From assembly GCF_006345805.1 (NCBI RefSeq), contig NC_043001.1, positions 87,730,001 through 87,794,000 on the forward strand: a DNA stretch of 64,000 nt, written 5' to 3'. Positions 12,637 through 23,922 of this stretch are shown here, in pieces (position 1 is the stretch's first letter; each line of letters begins with the position of its first letter). A program made the translations under genes and the position numbers. A model generated the notes under the pieces. That model searched no databases, was not told where the DNA came from, and saw nothing but the letters and a program-made list of their open reading frames with translations. Source of the DNA: Octopus sinensis. Taxonomy: Eukaryota.

Positions 12637-12887
12637 AATAATTAAGAGACAAAACCTCTATTAAGTAATTCAATTAATAGTGAAAGATATTATCTAGAAT
12701 AAATCATATAGAAAAGTTTTAAATATATTATAATAAATCTTATTCTAAAAATCACTATTTAATTTAGTGATTTTTAGAATAATATTTATTATAATATATT
12801 TAAAACCTTTCTATATGATTTATTATAGATAATATCTTTCACTATCAAATGAATTACTTAATAGAGGTTTTGTCTCTTATTTACATA
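12435..12887. repeat. Two adjacent fold-back palindromes (12435-12598, 12631-12887)
   Basis: First: perfect 71-bp arms, 22-nt spacer. Second: ~125-bp imperfect arms. Separated by (TA)n. Confidence 0.95.
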
Positions 12888-12970
12888 TATATTGTGAAAT
12901 TTGATTTAGTATTGCTAAATTGAATTTTTCCCTGTAAGTTTGGAATTTTATATTCACTACTATTAATTAT

Positions 12971-13002
<32 letters not shown>

Positions 13003-14009
13003 CTCTTCTTTACTCTTGTTTCAGTCATTTGACTGCGGCCATGCTGGAGCACCACTTTTAGTTGAGCAAATCGACCCCAGGACTTATTCTTTGGAAGTCT
13101 AGTACTTATTCTATTGGTCTCTTTTGCCAAACCGCTAAGTTACGGGGACGTAAACACACCAGCATTGGTTGTCAAGTGATGTTGGGGGGACAAACACAGA
13201 CACACAAACACACACATATATATATATACATATATACAACGGGCTTCTTTCAGTTTCTGTCTACCAAATCTACTCACAAGGGTTTGGTCAGCCCGAGGCT
13301 ATAGTAGAAGACACTTGCCCATGGTGCCACACAGTGGGACTGAACCCGGAACCAAACAAGCTACTTACAACACAGCCACTCCTGCGCCTATATATATATA
13401 TATAATATAAGGTGCATGACCTAGTGGTTAGGCTGTTGGGCTCACATATCGTGTGTTTAATTCTCAGACTGGATGGTGCATTGTGCTCAAGAGCAAAACA
13501 CTTTATTTCATGCTGCTGCAATCCCCCTTTCAATGAAGGGAGAATGTTTATCTGCTTGACTAATCAGTGGGGTAGTATTGTTTGAAGGTTAAATTGATGC
13601 AAAGTGTATTGTGACTAATGATGTGTAACAACATCTAATAGTTTGGTCAGTCACATGACATATATATATATATATATATGATGATTGCTTCAATTTGATG
13701 GATGATAGCCATGCCATCAACAGACACACACTCAACATGCCATCACACAGCACACTCACTCCATTGACGAGCCCTTAGATGACTTTTAAGACCAGTTGCT
13801 GACTGACAGGGTTTAAAACACAAGTAACAGATATTCAAGTTTCTTCTATCTCTTTGCCCTTTGGAATCTGTTTCTGAAGGAATATTTTTGCGAACTAGCA
13901 TATATCTTTAAGTCCAGATACTGTCTTACATGTTCTGTGACATATGACACAAATCATAAGAGGCAGTTTCTGTTCAAGATTATTACCTACCTGGGTATTT
14001 CAATTTTCA

Positions 14010-14512
14010 TGTGACTTCATATGATTCGCATATCCTGCTTTTGACAACAGAACACGATCACACATAATACATATCCAATGTTCACTGTTGATTTCAGTTC
14101 CAATTGTTCCTTTGCGACAGGCCCTATTAAGCTGAGAGTGCTGAATCCTCTTTTCCTCCCAGGCATTACAACCAGTCCTAACAGCACCTCTCCACTAGTT
14201 CCGATCTAGAACATCAATTTCCCAATCATTTTCGTTAATATCTAGTTTCTTCAGGTTTTCCTTCACACAGTCTTTATACTTTATTCTTGGCTTATGTTGT
14301 GGTCACTTACCAGAGTTGAGCTCACCATAAAAAAGACACTTTGGCAAGCGCTCATCTTTCATTCTAATAACATGTCCAGCCCATCTCATTTCAACCAAGA
14401 TAACATATTGCTCAATTGAGCTACAACGTACCAAATGCAAAACTTCTGTATCTGGTACGAAACATTCCCACTTGACTCCCAAGATACGTCTGAGGCACTT
14501 TTGATGAAACAC
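14010..14512 (-). mobile_element. RTE-clade LINE, 3' RT fragment
   Basis: FHQKCLRRILGVKW...MRWAGHVIRMKDERLPKCLFYGEL...KYKDCVKENLK is the typical RTE RT C-terminus; stops follow. Confidence 0.82.
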
Positions 14513-14693
14513 ACATGTATGTGTGGAATTCCCCGTTCGTCGATTAGAGTTGGAAAAAGTTCTTGCAGACTGGAAACAACCTAAGTCCAGAGAATTCCTG
14601 TTTGTGCTTCAAGTCCATAAAATTTGTTAACCGGATCGGTCTAAGGGAGAAAACTCGTCCTGTTTAAATCTTAAACTGAATATTATTCTTAAA

Positions 14694-15392
14694 TTAGCAG
14701 ATACCTGGCGTTGCTCGGAATTAAAATGGTAAAGTTTTTTTTAATTTTTACTTGTTTCAGTCATTTGATTGTGGCCATGCTGGAGCACCACCTTTAGTCG
14801 AACAGATAGAAAGAAAGAAAGAGGGAGAGAGGGAGGGAGGGAGAAAGAAAGAAAAAAAGATGGAAAGAAGGAAGGAGAGAAAAATGGAAGTAAAGAAAGA
14901 AAGAAAGAAAGAAAGAGTGAGAAGGAAAAAGGAAGGGAGAAAGAAAGCAAGAGGGAAGAAATAATGAAAAAGAAGAGGGAGAAAGAAAGAGAGCGGGAAG
15001 GAGAAAGAAAAAAAGAGGGATGGAGAAAAAAGAAAGAGAGAGAAAGAAAGAAAGAATAAAGAACGAAAGAAAAAAAGAGGGAGAAAAAGGGAAGGAAAGA
15101 AGACATAGACCGAAAGAGAGGAACTATTACAGAGGGTGAGAGAGAATATATGTAAGCAAAAGAAACAGAGAATATGAAAAGGGAGAGAAGTGGTTGAAAA
15201 CTTCACCTTTTTTTCCTGATTTCTCACTTTGCGCAGGAGCACTGGGCAAAAATTTATAGTGCATGACCATCCTTGGTACATAAGTAATGTGTGTGTAAAG
15301 TTTGGTGAAAATCGGTTGAAAACTGCAGAAATGCATTTGTATTACACACATAGACACACGCACAGACATCTTTTGTTTTATATATATATAGA
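14694..15392 (-). mobile_element. Non-autonomous Helitron (copy F) containing a SINE 3' fragment and a purine-rich tract
   Basis: Minus strand a|TCtatatatatataaaac start, ccgagcaacgccagg hairpin, CTAA|t end. Confidence 0.7.
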
Positions 15393-15548
15393 TAACAAAT
15401 TAACTGACTGTAATGGTATTCTATCTCCAGATTGAAGAGAGGTTATATGCTCTCCGCCATTACAGGTCATGTATAAAGGTAAGAGCTTTATGGATGTGAA
15501 ACCATTGGCCACTCTATGATTGGACATATATTCAACTGCATGTAAATA

Positions 15549-16809
15549 CAGGATGGTCCTAAAGTCTTGTCATTCACTACTGAAAAGTAATAAGAATTAT
15601 AGAGAAACAATATAATAATATCAAACACATGTACTGGTTTTAGTACTTTCATTGAAACTGACACTGTCACACATTGAGAAAATCTCTATGAACACCATCG
15701 TTTTTGTGGCACAGAATGATGCAGTGCCATGTCCTGTGTAATATTTAATGAAGCTATGCTTTGGTGATTGTTGCAAAGGCTAACAAAACAGCGTCCTTCA
15801 ACTGTTGGGTATTCTGGTATCACTCTTGTGAAACTCTTTCCATGATAATACCCCACAGAGAGTTGTCACAAGATGTGGGGTCTGGACTTCTGAGAGGTCA
15901 ATTGAGAGGTGCTGGAAGTTGTTGCAATCCTCGCCCCATCTATCTATCCCCCAAAACTTCATTCAGGTATTCCCTGACATTGATGGTATAGTGGGGTGGA
16001 GCACCATCTTGTTCAAACCGACAATCATTCAAATCCACATTCAATCTCTGGAGCTGTGGAATAAACCACTCCCTTAACATGGTAAGGTAAGAGTGCTGGT
16101 TAACAGAGCCCTCAGAAAAATAGGGTCCTATCAAGTGCTTACTCGATATAGCAGCCCAAATCATCACATGTCGTGGGTTGTGCTCCAGTTCTTCGTAATA
16201 GTGCAGATTTTCTTTGCTCCAGAAATAAGTACTCCTAGCCCAGGTGCTATGGTAAATTGCACATTCGTTGGAGAAAAACACCTCTCCACATTGTGGGATT
16301 ATTGGAAACACATCAAGAAACCATCCACATGCCACACATCTCTTGTCCCTGTCGTTATTACTTAGTTCATTAATGAATGTTGGCTTAAATGATTTCAAAT
16401 GAAGATCCTTTGTTATGTGTGTTAACATTGTGGTTTTTGGAATTTGTACCTCAGAAGAACGTTTTTGCAGTGACATTGAGGGTGATTGTAGCACAGATGT
16501 CTCCACCTCTGCACATGTGTCCCTTCATGTTGAGGGTTGTTCTATCCTCAGTTTGTGTTGTTAATTAGTCCTGTCAGAAACATTTTGTGTTCCCAATGCA
16601 ATATCATCTTCTTTGGAGGGGCTAGTCTGCTGAATCTTGCAGTAAAGTCATGTTGCCCATCTCCATACTCTTGCCAGAATTCACCCGATCATGTGCCCAT
16701 ACACTTGCAATCAACCTCTCTTCCAAACTGTAGGAGCTTTTGTCAGCCATCTGAAATAGAAAATTAAAATAATATTTACAGGGGGTGACAAGAGTTTCGG
16801 ACCACCATG
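15549..16809 (-). mobile_element. Decayed full-length Tc1/mariner element, DD41D (rosa/Visitor)-like
   Basis: 24-bp TIRs caggatggtcctaaagtcttgtca / catggtggtccgaaactcttgtca (20/24), TA on both sides. Transposase has FSNE, QDGAPPH and RSPDPTSCD, with internal stops. Confidence 0.85.
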
Positions 16810-17291
16810 TACATTACTACTCAATAACTTAGAGTGTGCTTCTTTTTTCGCATATACGATTCATTGACAACATAGTAGTTCAGGGTTCAGTCTTACTATG
16901 AAGGATCTTGGGCAAGTGTCTTCCATAATAGATCTGTGAATGTATTTAGTAGACACCAAAAAAAAAAAAAAAGCCTGTTGTATATATATGAATGTCGATT
17001 GTCAATTATAACAATGAGGGTTCCAGTTGATTCAATTAACAGACCAGTCTGCTCTTGAAATTAACAAGCAAGTGGCTGAGCAATTCCCAGGAAGAATCAG
17101 CATGACACAGAATGTGACAAAGCTGGTCCTTTGAAATACAGGTACTACTCATTTTTGCTAGCTGATTGGACTGGGTGAACTGGAGCAATGTGAAATAAGG
17201 TGTCTTCCTCAAGGACACAACACAATTGTCAGAAATCGAACTTACAGCCTTATAATCATGAGCTAAATACTAAAACAACTAAGCCACATAA

Positions 17292-17350
<59 letters not shown>

Positions 17351-18310
17351 TAGTTATAATTAAGATTTGAAATTTAAAATTTAGCATCCAAACTGCATTT
17401 TGGGTATATCCCTAGTAGTATGTTGGCAGAACACATTCACCTCTTATGGCTACCTGGCAGCATCCATGATAAATGCACATTCATTACTGTATCTACATTA
17501 GGAATTCCTCAGTGCACATTGAATATATTTTAAGTTTATACCTGTAATTATTGGGGCCCTGTGATATGTAACACACTGCCTAAATACCAATCTTGAGAAA
17601 TTAGGCTTCTCAAAACCATGAAGGAGAAAGCTGATTCAAAGACTGCAGATCCAATCCATCACTGGAAACGTAAAAATTTGTAAAACTTTTTAGAAGTTTA
17701 TCATTTAAGTATATACCAGAATGTCTAGATATGCAACTTTATGCAGGAAAATGCATGCATAAAACAAAATATGCAAATCTGCATGTATACCTATGTACAT
17801 ACAAGAATACCCTGTTGATGTTGTTGAAATTCCAATGAAGGAGCCTTGGATCTAAGTTAGAAACTAGCTCTTTCTCTATTTGCAAGAAATCTTGAAATAA
17901 AACTGAACAAGGACATACATACATCTAAAGACATACATATATGTATACATGCAAATAAGCAAGCCTATATGTGACCATTAGGTCTGCTAGAAATATCAGC
18001 CAAATTTGCATCATTTGGGAAGGCCAGCATCATGAAATTTAAACCTTTAGTTACCATATTTCTATTAAAATATCTTGCCTTAATTTAAATTAATTATGAA
18101 AATAACTAACAATTTAGTAAAATTATTGTCATAAAACTGGTGTATAGCAGTAAGCTGGCAGAATTGTTAGCATATCAGACAATATGCTTTGTGGTATTTT
18201 TTCCTGCTCTTTATGTTCATAGTTCAAATACTGCTATGGTTGACTTTGCCTTTTCTCCTCTTGGGGTTGATAAAATAAGAACCAGTTGGGCACATTTTGT
18301 TTTTTAGTTA

Positions 18311-18865
18311 TTGGGTTGTCCGGAAAGTTTGTGCCAAATTTTAAAGGTCAATAAATACTTGCCATTACATTTTTAATCAACTAAATATGAACCATGTTGT
18401 TGCACAATGCATCTCCATCTTTCCTTTAACTTGAAAATACCTTCTTTCCAGAATATAGGTGGTTTCATGGCAAACAATTCATCAAAGTATCTTTTTACAT
18501 CATCCAAGGAATTGAAATTTTTAGCATTAAGATTATTCTGCAGAGACCTGAATAAGTGGAAATCCAAAGGAGCAATATCTGGTGAATATGGAGGGCTGGG
18601 TAACACATCTCAGCCAAGCTGCAGCAATTTTTGTCTGGTTCCCAAAGCATCAAGTGCCGAAAATGAACTTTCTTATCTTCCATTTTAAAGGGTTATGGAA
18701 TTAATACAGGTTATAGGAACATAAACCTTCTTCCACGAAATGATAGCTTAAACTGTACTCTAAATGGAAGTGTAATCAAATCCTATTTTATGGATTCAAC
18801 CATGTTCTAAAATAAGTCAAAAGGTAAGCTACTATAAATCAGCACAAACTTTCCGGACAACCCAA
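18311..18865 (-). mobile_element. Internally deleted mariner element
   Basis: Perfect 24-bp TIR ttgggttgtccggaaagtttgtgc with TA TSD both sides. Retains PSPPYSPDIAPLDFHLF...GIFKLKERWRCIV. Confidence 0.92.
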
Positions 18866-19718
18866 TACTTTCTCAAGTAATACCAACTCATAAAGGACAG
18901 TTTCCCAGTTTAACGGCATATATATTCTCCGCTTGGATGGGATGCCAGTCAATCACATGATTACTCATTTTTGCCAGCTGATGGATTGCAGCAATGAGAA
19001 ATGAAGTGTTTCGCTCAAGAACACAATGCATTGTCCAGTTCAGGAATCAAAACTACAATCTTATGATCATGAGTCCAACATCTTAACCTCTAAACCACAT
19101 GCCTCCACATCAGTTGAGCACTGGAGTTGATGAAATTGACTTAATCCTCCCCAGTTATTTGCCTTGTACCAAAATTTGAAACCATTATTTAGATGCTGTT
19201 TGGAACATAAATGAACACAAACTTTTGGGTGCAGGGTTTTCATTTAAATCATTTTGAAACAAGAAGTTTGTATCATAGGACCAGATGCAGTATCAGTTTG
19301 GTTGGTATCATAAAGGTTAACTTTCACTTATGCTTTGCCTCTTATGTAAGTTAACATTAAACATCCAACAGATCTTGACCATCTCATTTCTGTGCAGCGT
19401 CCACGTCTGAACCTACACATCAGCATCATCATCACCATTGTCATTATCATCATTGTCATCATCATTTAGTATCTGTTTTCCATGCTAGCATGGGTTTGGC
19501 CGGATCTGGCAAACCAGAGAATTGTGCCATGATCCACTGTCTGCTTTGGCATGGTTTTTATGGCTGGGTGTCCTTGCTAATGCCAATGCCCTTCCTACTG
19601 TCAAATGCCCTTCCTATTGTCAACACACAGCCCTAAGAATAATTATTCTTACCAACTGTAATTGATGTGTTTAATTAACAACTCATAAATTCATTAATTT
19701 ATTTTGTGTCATTTCAAG

Positions 19719-19935
19719 GACCATACCAACCACCAATATACCCAGGTGGAAGCACTTCATACCAACATGGACCAAATATTGCACCTCAGCCAGTCCTTGT
19801 TGTTCAAGAGATGGGATTCGGCCCAGAACCAAAAGAAATGGTGTGCCCCTATTGTCAAGCTTACGTCAGAACCTCAACAGAATACCAAACCGGAGCTTTA
19901 ACATGGCTGGTCTCTGGACTTCTTTGCTTATTTGG
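19719..19935 (+). CDS. LITAF: LITAF-family protein, coding exon 2
   Basis: Acceptor tttcaag|ga continues phase 1 (G+GA=Gly). Encodes PPIY and the first half of the LITAF domain, EMVCPYCQAYVRTSTEYQTGALTWLVSGLLCLFG (CxxC plus hydrophobic segment). Donor gg|gtaaat after 19935 (phase 2). Confidence 0.95.
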
Positions 19936-20399
19936 GTAAATTCTCTATTTATTGTATTATTTGAAAAATCATAGAAAATCAATCAAAATGCCTTTCGGTA
20001 TTTATAATATTTTACATTGTGAGCTCAAAACCTTATGAGAGCATCTTTACTTTTCATCCTCTCAGGGAAGATAAAATAAGTACTCATTAAAAACTGAGGT
20101 CAATTAATTTTAATTTGTATTATTAACAAAGTACACAAGAAAAGGAGGTAATATGAAAGCTAAGCAAGTTTCCACAGCTGAAATTCTGATAAGCTGTTTA
20201 TATATCTTTCTTAACATTTCTCAAGTCTTCCCTGTTCCTTCTTTATTACAGTTTATTCTGTTTGATCTGTAGTGAAGTATTAAATATCATTAAATGTTGA
20301 CTAAAGTGTTATGAAACGTTCAACGCTTAGCTTTTTATTCACATACTTCATAGCAAACTTTATAATGAGACAATTCTGGGTTATGTTTATATATATATA

Positions 20400-20440
<41 letters not shown>

Positions 20441-20473
20441 ATAAGTGTAGGTCGTATACGAGTGGGTATATGT

Positions 20474-20913
20474 TTATAAAAAAGAAGTTTGAAAACACCA
20501 CTATATAATATGAATTTTAATTTTCTTAGAAATTTTACATGTTTTGGTTCTTCTTGAAAAAACGAACCTTATCAAAAATATTTAAAAAAGTTAAGTGTAA
20601 TAAAAAAGTTCATAATTGTTTCTTACTGGTCTCAACAGAATCCAAGTGCTGGTTTTTTTGTGGGGAGTAAGCATAATAGCTGTCTTATTTATTTGAACAC
20701 ATAAGACAGCTATTATACTTACTCCCCACAAAAATCCCACCATGTGAATTCTGTTGAGACCAGTAAGAAACAATTATGAACTTTTTTATTACACTTAACT
20801 TTTTTAAATATTTTTGATAAGGTTCGTTTTTTCAAGAAGAACCGAAACATGTAAAATTTCTAAGAAAATTAAAATTTATATTATATAGTGGCGTTTTCAA
20901 ACTTCTTTTTATA

Positions 20914-20914
<1 letters not shown>
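20474..20914. repeat. Fold-back palindrome, ~214-bp arms, 12-nt spacer
   Basis: Arms 20474-20688 and 20701-20914, flanked by (TA)n. Confidence 0.95.
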
Positions 20915-20965
<51 letters not shown>

Positions 20966-21269
20966 ATACTCATATATCTGGGTTGTTGGTGGCTAGTTTT
21001 TGAAGTTCATCAGGAGGGTGTACCTCTGATGTCACACACACACACACACTCATACAGCTGATACACTGGCCGACACATACATTCACATATTCATGCACAC
21101 AAGTACTCACACAAGGCTGATATACAACTGCACCCATATATACACATACCCTAGGAAACACACACAAATGAGCTGATGCTATCAGCTCTCACCCACATGC
21201 CAGCCTATCCAACTCATAAATACACACACATAAGTTTTAGATATCCACATATACACATGCATACAGCTA

Positions 21270-21725
21270 CCACTCACACACACACACACACACACACATC
21301 CTTGCTGGCCACGTATCTGATGTCCTGCAAGTCTCTACAAAGCAAGAAGTCACCAGTTTGTACCTAATATTCAAGCATGCTATGGACCTACAATTTTTGG
21401 CTTCATGGGTCTTTTTGTTCTTGGGGATAAGAGTAGCCTGTGTAACCATCAGCCAATTTGTTATATCTAGCTCAGCATCCATTGTTTCTTCAGATAGGTT
21501 TATAAGAGTTTCCCTGTAGAATGTGAGCTTTTTGTACCAGTAGCCTTCTATCAAGTCTCTCTCAGGTGATTTTCCATTCTGAAGTTACATAAAAACCACC
21601 AGGAATGTTTCACTGATGATGTTATATGATTTGGGAGAAGCATTTACAATACTCACTTCGTAGGTCGCGTAACCATGCTGCATTGCGGTTGTGCTCTTTG
21701 GTTACATTCCAGATTCCCTGCTGTA
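21270..21725 (-). mobile_element. Degraded R4/Dong-type LINE RT fragment
   Basis: GIWNVTKEHNRNAAWL and YWYKKL...ATLIPK...KNCRSIACLNIRYKLVT resemble the pre-RT and RT start of R4-clade elements. Confidence 0.65.
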
Positions 21726-21789
21726 TGTATGTATGTATGTATGTATGATGTATGTATGTGTGTGTGTGGTGTGTGTGTGTGTGTGTGTG

Positions 21790-21821
<32 letters not shown>

Positions 21822-22399
21822 ATGCATGTATGTATGTGTGTGTGTGTGTCTGTGCGTGCATGCATGTCTTTGTCCATCACCACTGCTTGATAACCGGCGT
21901 TGGTATACTTACGTCCCTGCAACTTAACAGTTCAGCAAAAACATTAGATAGAATAAATATCAGGCTAAAATAAAAATTTTTTATTGGGGTCGATTAAGTA
22001 AAGGATAAACATAAAAGATTAAAGGAATATAAAATATATGAAGTTAGAAATTAAAACTACAAAATGCTAGCTTTGCTCTGGACACACTCGTCAAGGGAAA
22101 TAACTTTTCATCGCTTCAGTCTAGATGAGCTTCGTATCTCCCTCGCACTCAGAGTAGGATCTGACGTAAACCTCTCGATTCTATAAATCGGTACTTTTCA
22201 GTTATCTCCCCACATTAAAAAATTAGGTTATCTCCCCACATTTTATGAAAAATATCGGTACTTTTGGTTAGCTCCCCCAGCTAAAAATATTGTTTAACCC
22301 TCATTAAAAAAAAAAATGAAAAATTAATAAACATGAAAACTGAAAAAAATTATAAACATCTTATTGAATCTCATAATATTTTTATAACAAATCATACCA

Positions 22400-22990
22400 T
22401 GTCTATTGTTAAAAGTCAACAATGTGTTGAAGTATTGAATTAAAAGGATCTAACCCTTTTAATCCAATCTCTTGTCGCCTAATAAACTTGTACATATATG
22501 AATCCTGTAGACTTCTGTGAGTGCCATTTTGTCTTTTACTTTTTTCTTTAGCACTCTTCCAAAGTCTTTCGATATTTTGGGTGTGAGCTCTATTAGTAGG
22601 GTTGACAAAGTGTAGTGAATGATTAACAGCAAGATATTGAAAATGACTAATATTAATAAAATTTTTATATGCTGACCATTCGTCACTTGTACCTGGTCTT
22701 ATATTATTTTCCATCATTGGAAGAGGTGTTGTCGCAGACCTGTCAGGGACAATAAACATGAAACACTCTGTTGTTTCTCTCCAAATACCTCCAAAACCCC
22801 ATTGTCGAGGTAGTTGACCTCTGACATAATTTTTTCTTTTAGTGAACAAACATTTATTTCAACAGTCATGTTGGGTCCTCCAATCACTCTTTGGTTAACC
22901 AAAATGTGTGCAGCATAAATTTCTCTCAAATAATTATTCCAGTCAACAACGCAACTGGCTTTCATTTTGAGCTTATGCTCACAAAATTCG
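22400..22990 (-). mobile_element. Merlin (IS1595/ISXO2-like) transposase remnant
   Basis: IGGPNMTVEI, FTKRK..RG....WGFGGI.R....F..VPDRS, SDEWSAY, VNHSLHFVNP...HTQNIERLW; frameshifted. Short direct repeats (ggttatctccccaca) at ~22190-22280 may be subterminal. Confidence 0.85.
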
Positions 22991-23280
22991 ATACTTGTGA
23001 TGTTGTGTGCCCAGCAATATATGAAAAGTGCTGCTTTACGAAAAGATAAACATGAATTAGCAAATCAATTATTTGTTCTTAGTCTTTTTTCTTGTCTGCA
23101 TCCACGAATTCTATACCGCCATCTATTTTGACTTCAAACTGAGAAATTCATAAAATGATCATTGTTGCATTGACTTTCTTGATGAAATTGGATGTTTCAT
23201 CTTTGCAAATATTGCTTAGACATAAAAAAGAATCCTTAGGTATCCTTAGGAATGAGAACCAAGGTTCAAAATTTCCACAA

Positions 23281-23326
23281 GACACCTGAAGAAGGCTGGA
23301 GGGTATATCAGCTGAAACGTTGTGTT
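23281..23326 (+). ncRNA. Minimal type I hammerhead ribozyme-like motif (Penelope-like repeat)
   Basis: GACAC-CUGAAGA-A-GGCUG/CAGCU-GAA-ACGU-U-GUGUU: intact core, stems I and II pair, palindromic stem III. Confidence 0.6.
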
Positions 23327-23790
23327 AACAACAAATAAGATGAAGACAAATATGTGTCGAATGTAAATAATATACAGAATTCCTCATCTCTTAAATATAG
23401 AACAGTAAGAAACTTGTTCTGGTCCCGTCTTTCGTACTTTAAATTCTTATCTCTTAGCTCCCTTCTTCCACTGTAGTTCCATTCATCTGAAGGGAACCTT
23501 AGTCTTGCAAGGTACAAGGCAACCTCACTTGTGCTGGTGTCATGAAAAAAAGCATCCAGTACACTCTGTAAAGTGATTGCCATTAGCAAGGGCATCCATC
23601 CATAGAAACCATGCCATAACTGACATTGGACTACACACAATGCAGTTGGAGCCTACTGAAGCACTCAACCTATGCCAACATGGAAGATGGATGTTAAAAG
23701 ACAATGGTGATGATAATGTTCTTTATAATGAAAAAAATGTAAGGAGAAACTGTAACATTGTATTGATTTTGGAATTGTTTGTAACTTTAA

Positions 23791-23922
<132 letters not shown>

